Shown here: piece by piece, positions 17,024 through 17,141 of the stretch
Numbering within the stretch: position 1 is the stretch's first letter
Layout of the letters: each line of letters starts with the position of its first letter
Origin: Oligoflexales bacterium
GTDB taxonomy: Bacteria > Bdellovibrionota_B > Oligoflexia > Oligoflexales > CAIYRB01
Assembly: GCA_041736175.1 (NCBI GenBank)
Contig: JBGSUI010000017.1
Coordinates: 1 to 17,141 of the forward strand
DNA: 17,141 bases
Reading direction: 5' to 3'
The notes under the pieces: generated by a model
Told to the model about the DNA's origin: nothing
The model's database searches: none
Seen by the model: only the letters and a program-made list of their open reading frames with translations
Position numbers and translations under genes: made by a program

Positions 17024-17080
17024 CTCGCTCCTTCAGGGGCGAGAAAAGGCGAACCGCAAAGGATTTTCGCTAGAAAATCC
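17023..17080 (-). promoter_or_regulatory. Two stem-loops in the NYN leader, one covering the RBS
   Basis: TCTCGCCCC-TGAA-GGAGCGAGA (17044-17023, one mismatch) includes the AAGGAG. GGATTTTC-N4-GAAAATCC (17061-17080) is a perfect 8-bp stem. Confidence 0.5.
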
Positions 17081-17141
17081 GCCGCCACAGTGCTACATAA
17101 GTATGTATGGCGAAAGCCAGCTCTTTGACAAGTTAGGTATG

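Overview
Bacterial accessory region with three parts. (1) Positions 1-2200 hold mobile-element and toxin-antitoxin debris: an IS21-like terminal repeat, a decayed AbrB-like/RelE-like pair, a PIN-domain gene with a small downstream partner, and an orphan HEARO/IscB-type omega-RNA with an IS200/IS605-type end but no iscB. (2) Positions 2311-7984 (- strand) are a five-gene operon behind a sigma54 -24/-12 motif, encoding four exported proteins of unknown function that look distantly paralogous, plus a tetraheme cytochrome c. (3) Positions 8212-16087 hold an NtrC-family sigma54 activator divergent from a second sigma54-type promoter. That promoter precedes one tightly coupled operon: Fe(II)/2OG dioxygenase, ATP-grasp amino-acid ligase, PLP dehydratase-type enzyme, orphan LivJ-type periplasmic amino-acid-binding protein and hybrid histidine kinase. 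The best candidate for an undescribed system is part 3, read as a self-contained make-sense-respond (quorum-sensing-like) circuit using a modified amino acid or dipeptide, with part 2 as a possible output. This model is inferred from gene families, order and promoter motifs; no database search was run. A probably 5'-damaged NYN-domain gene closes the window.
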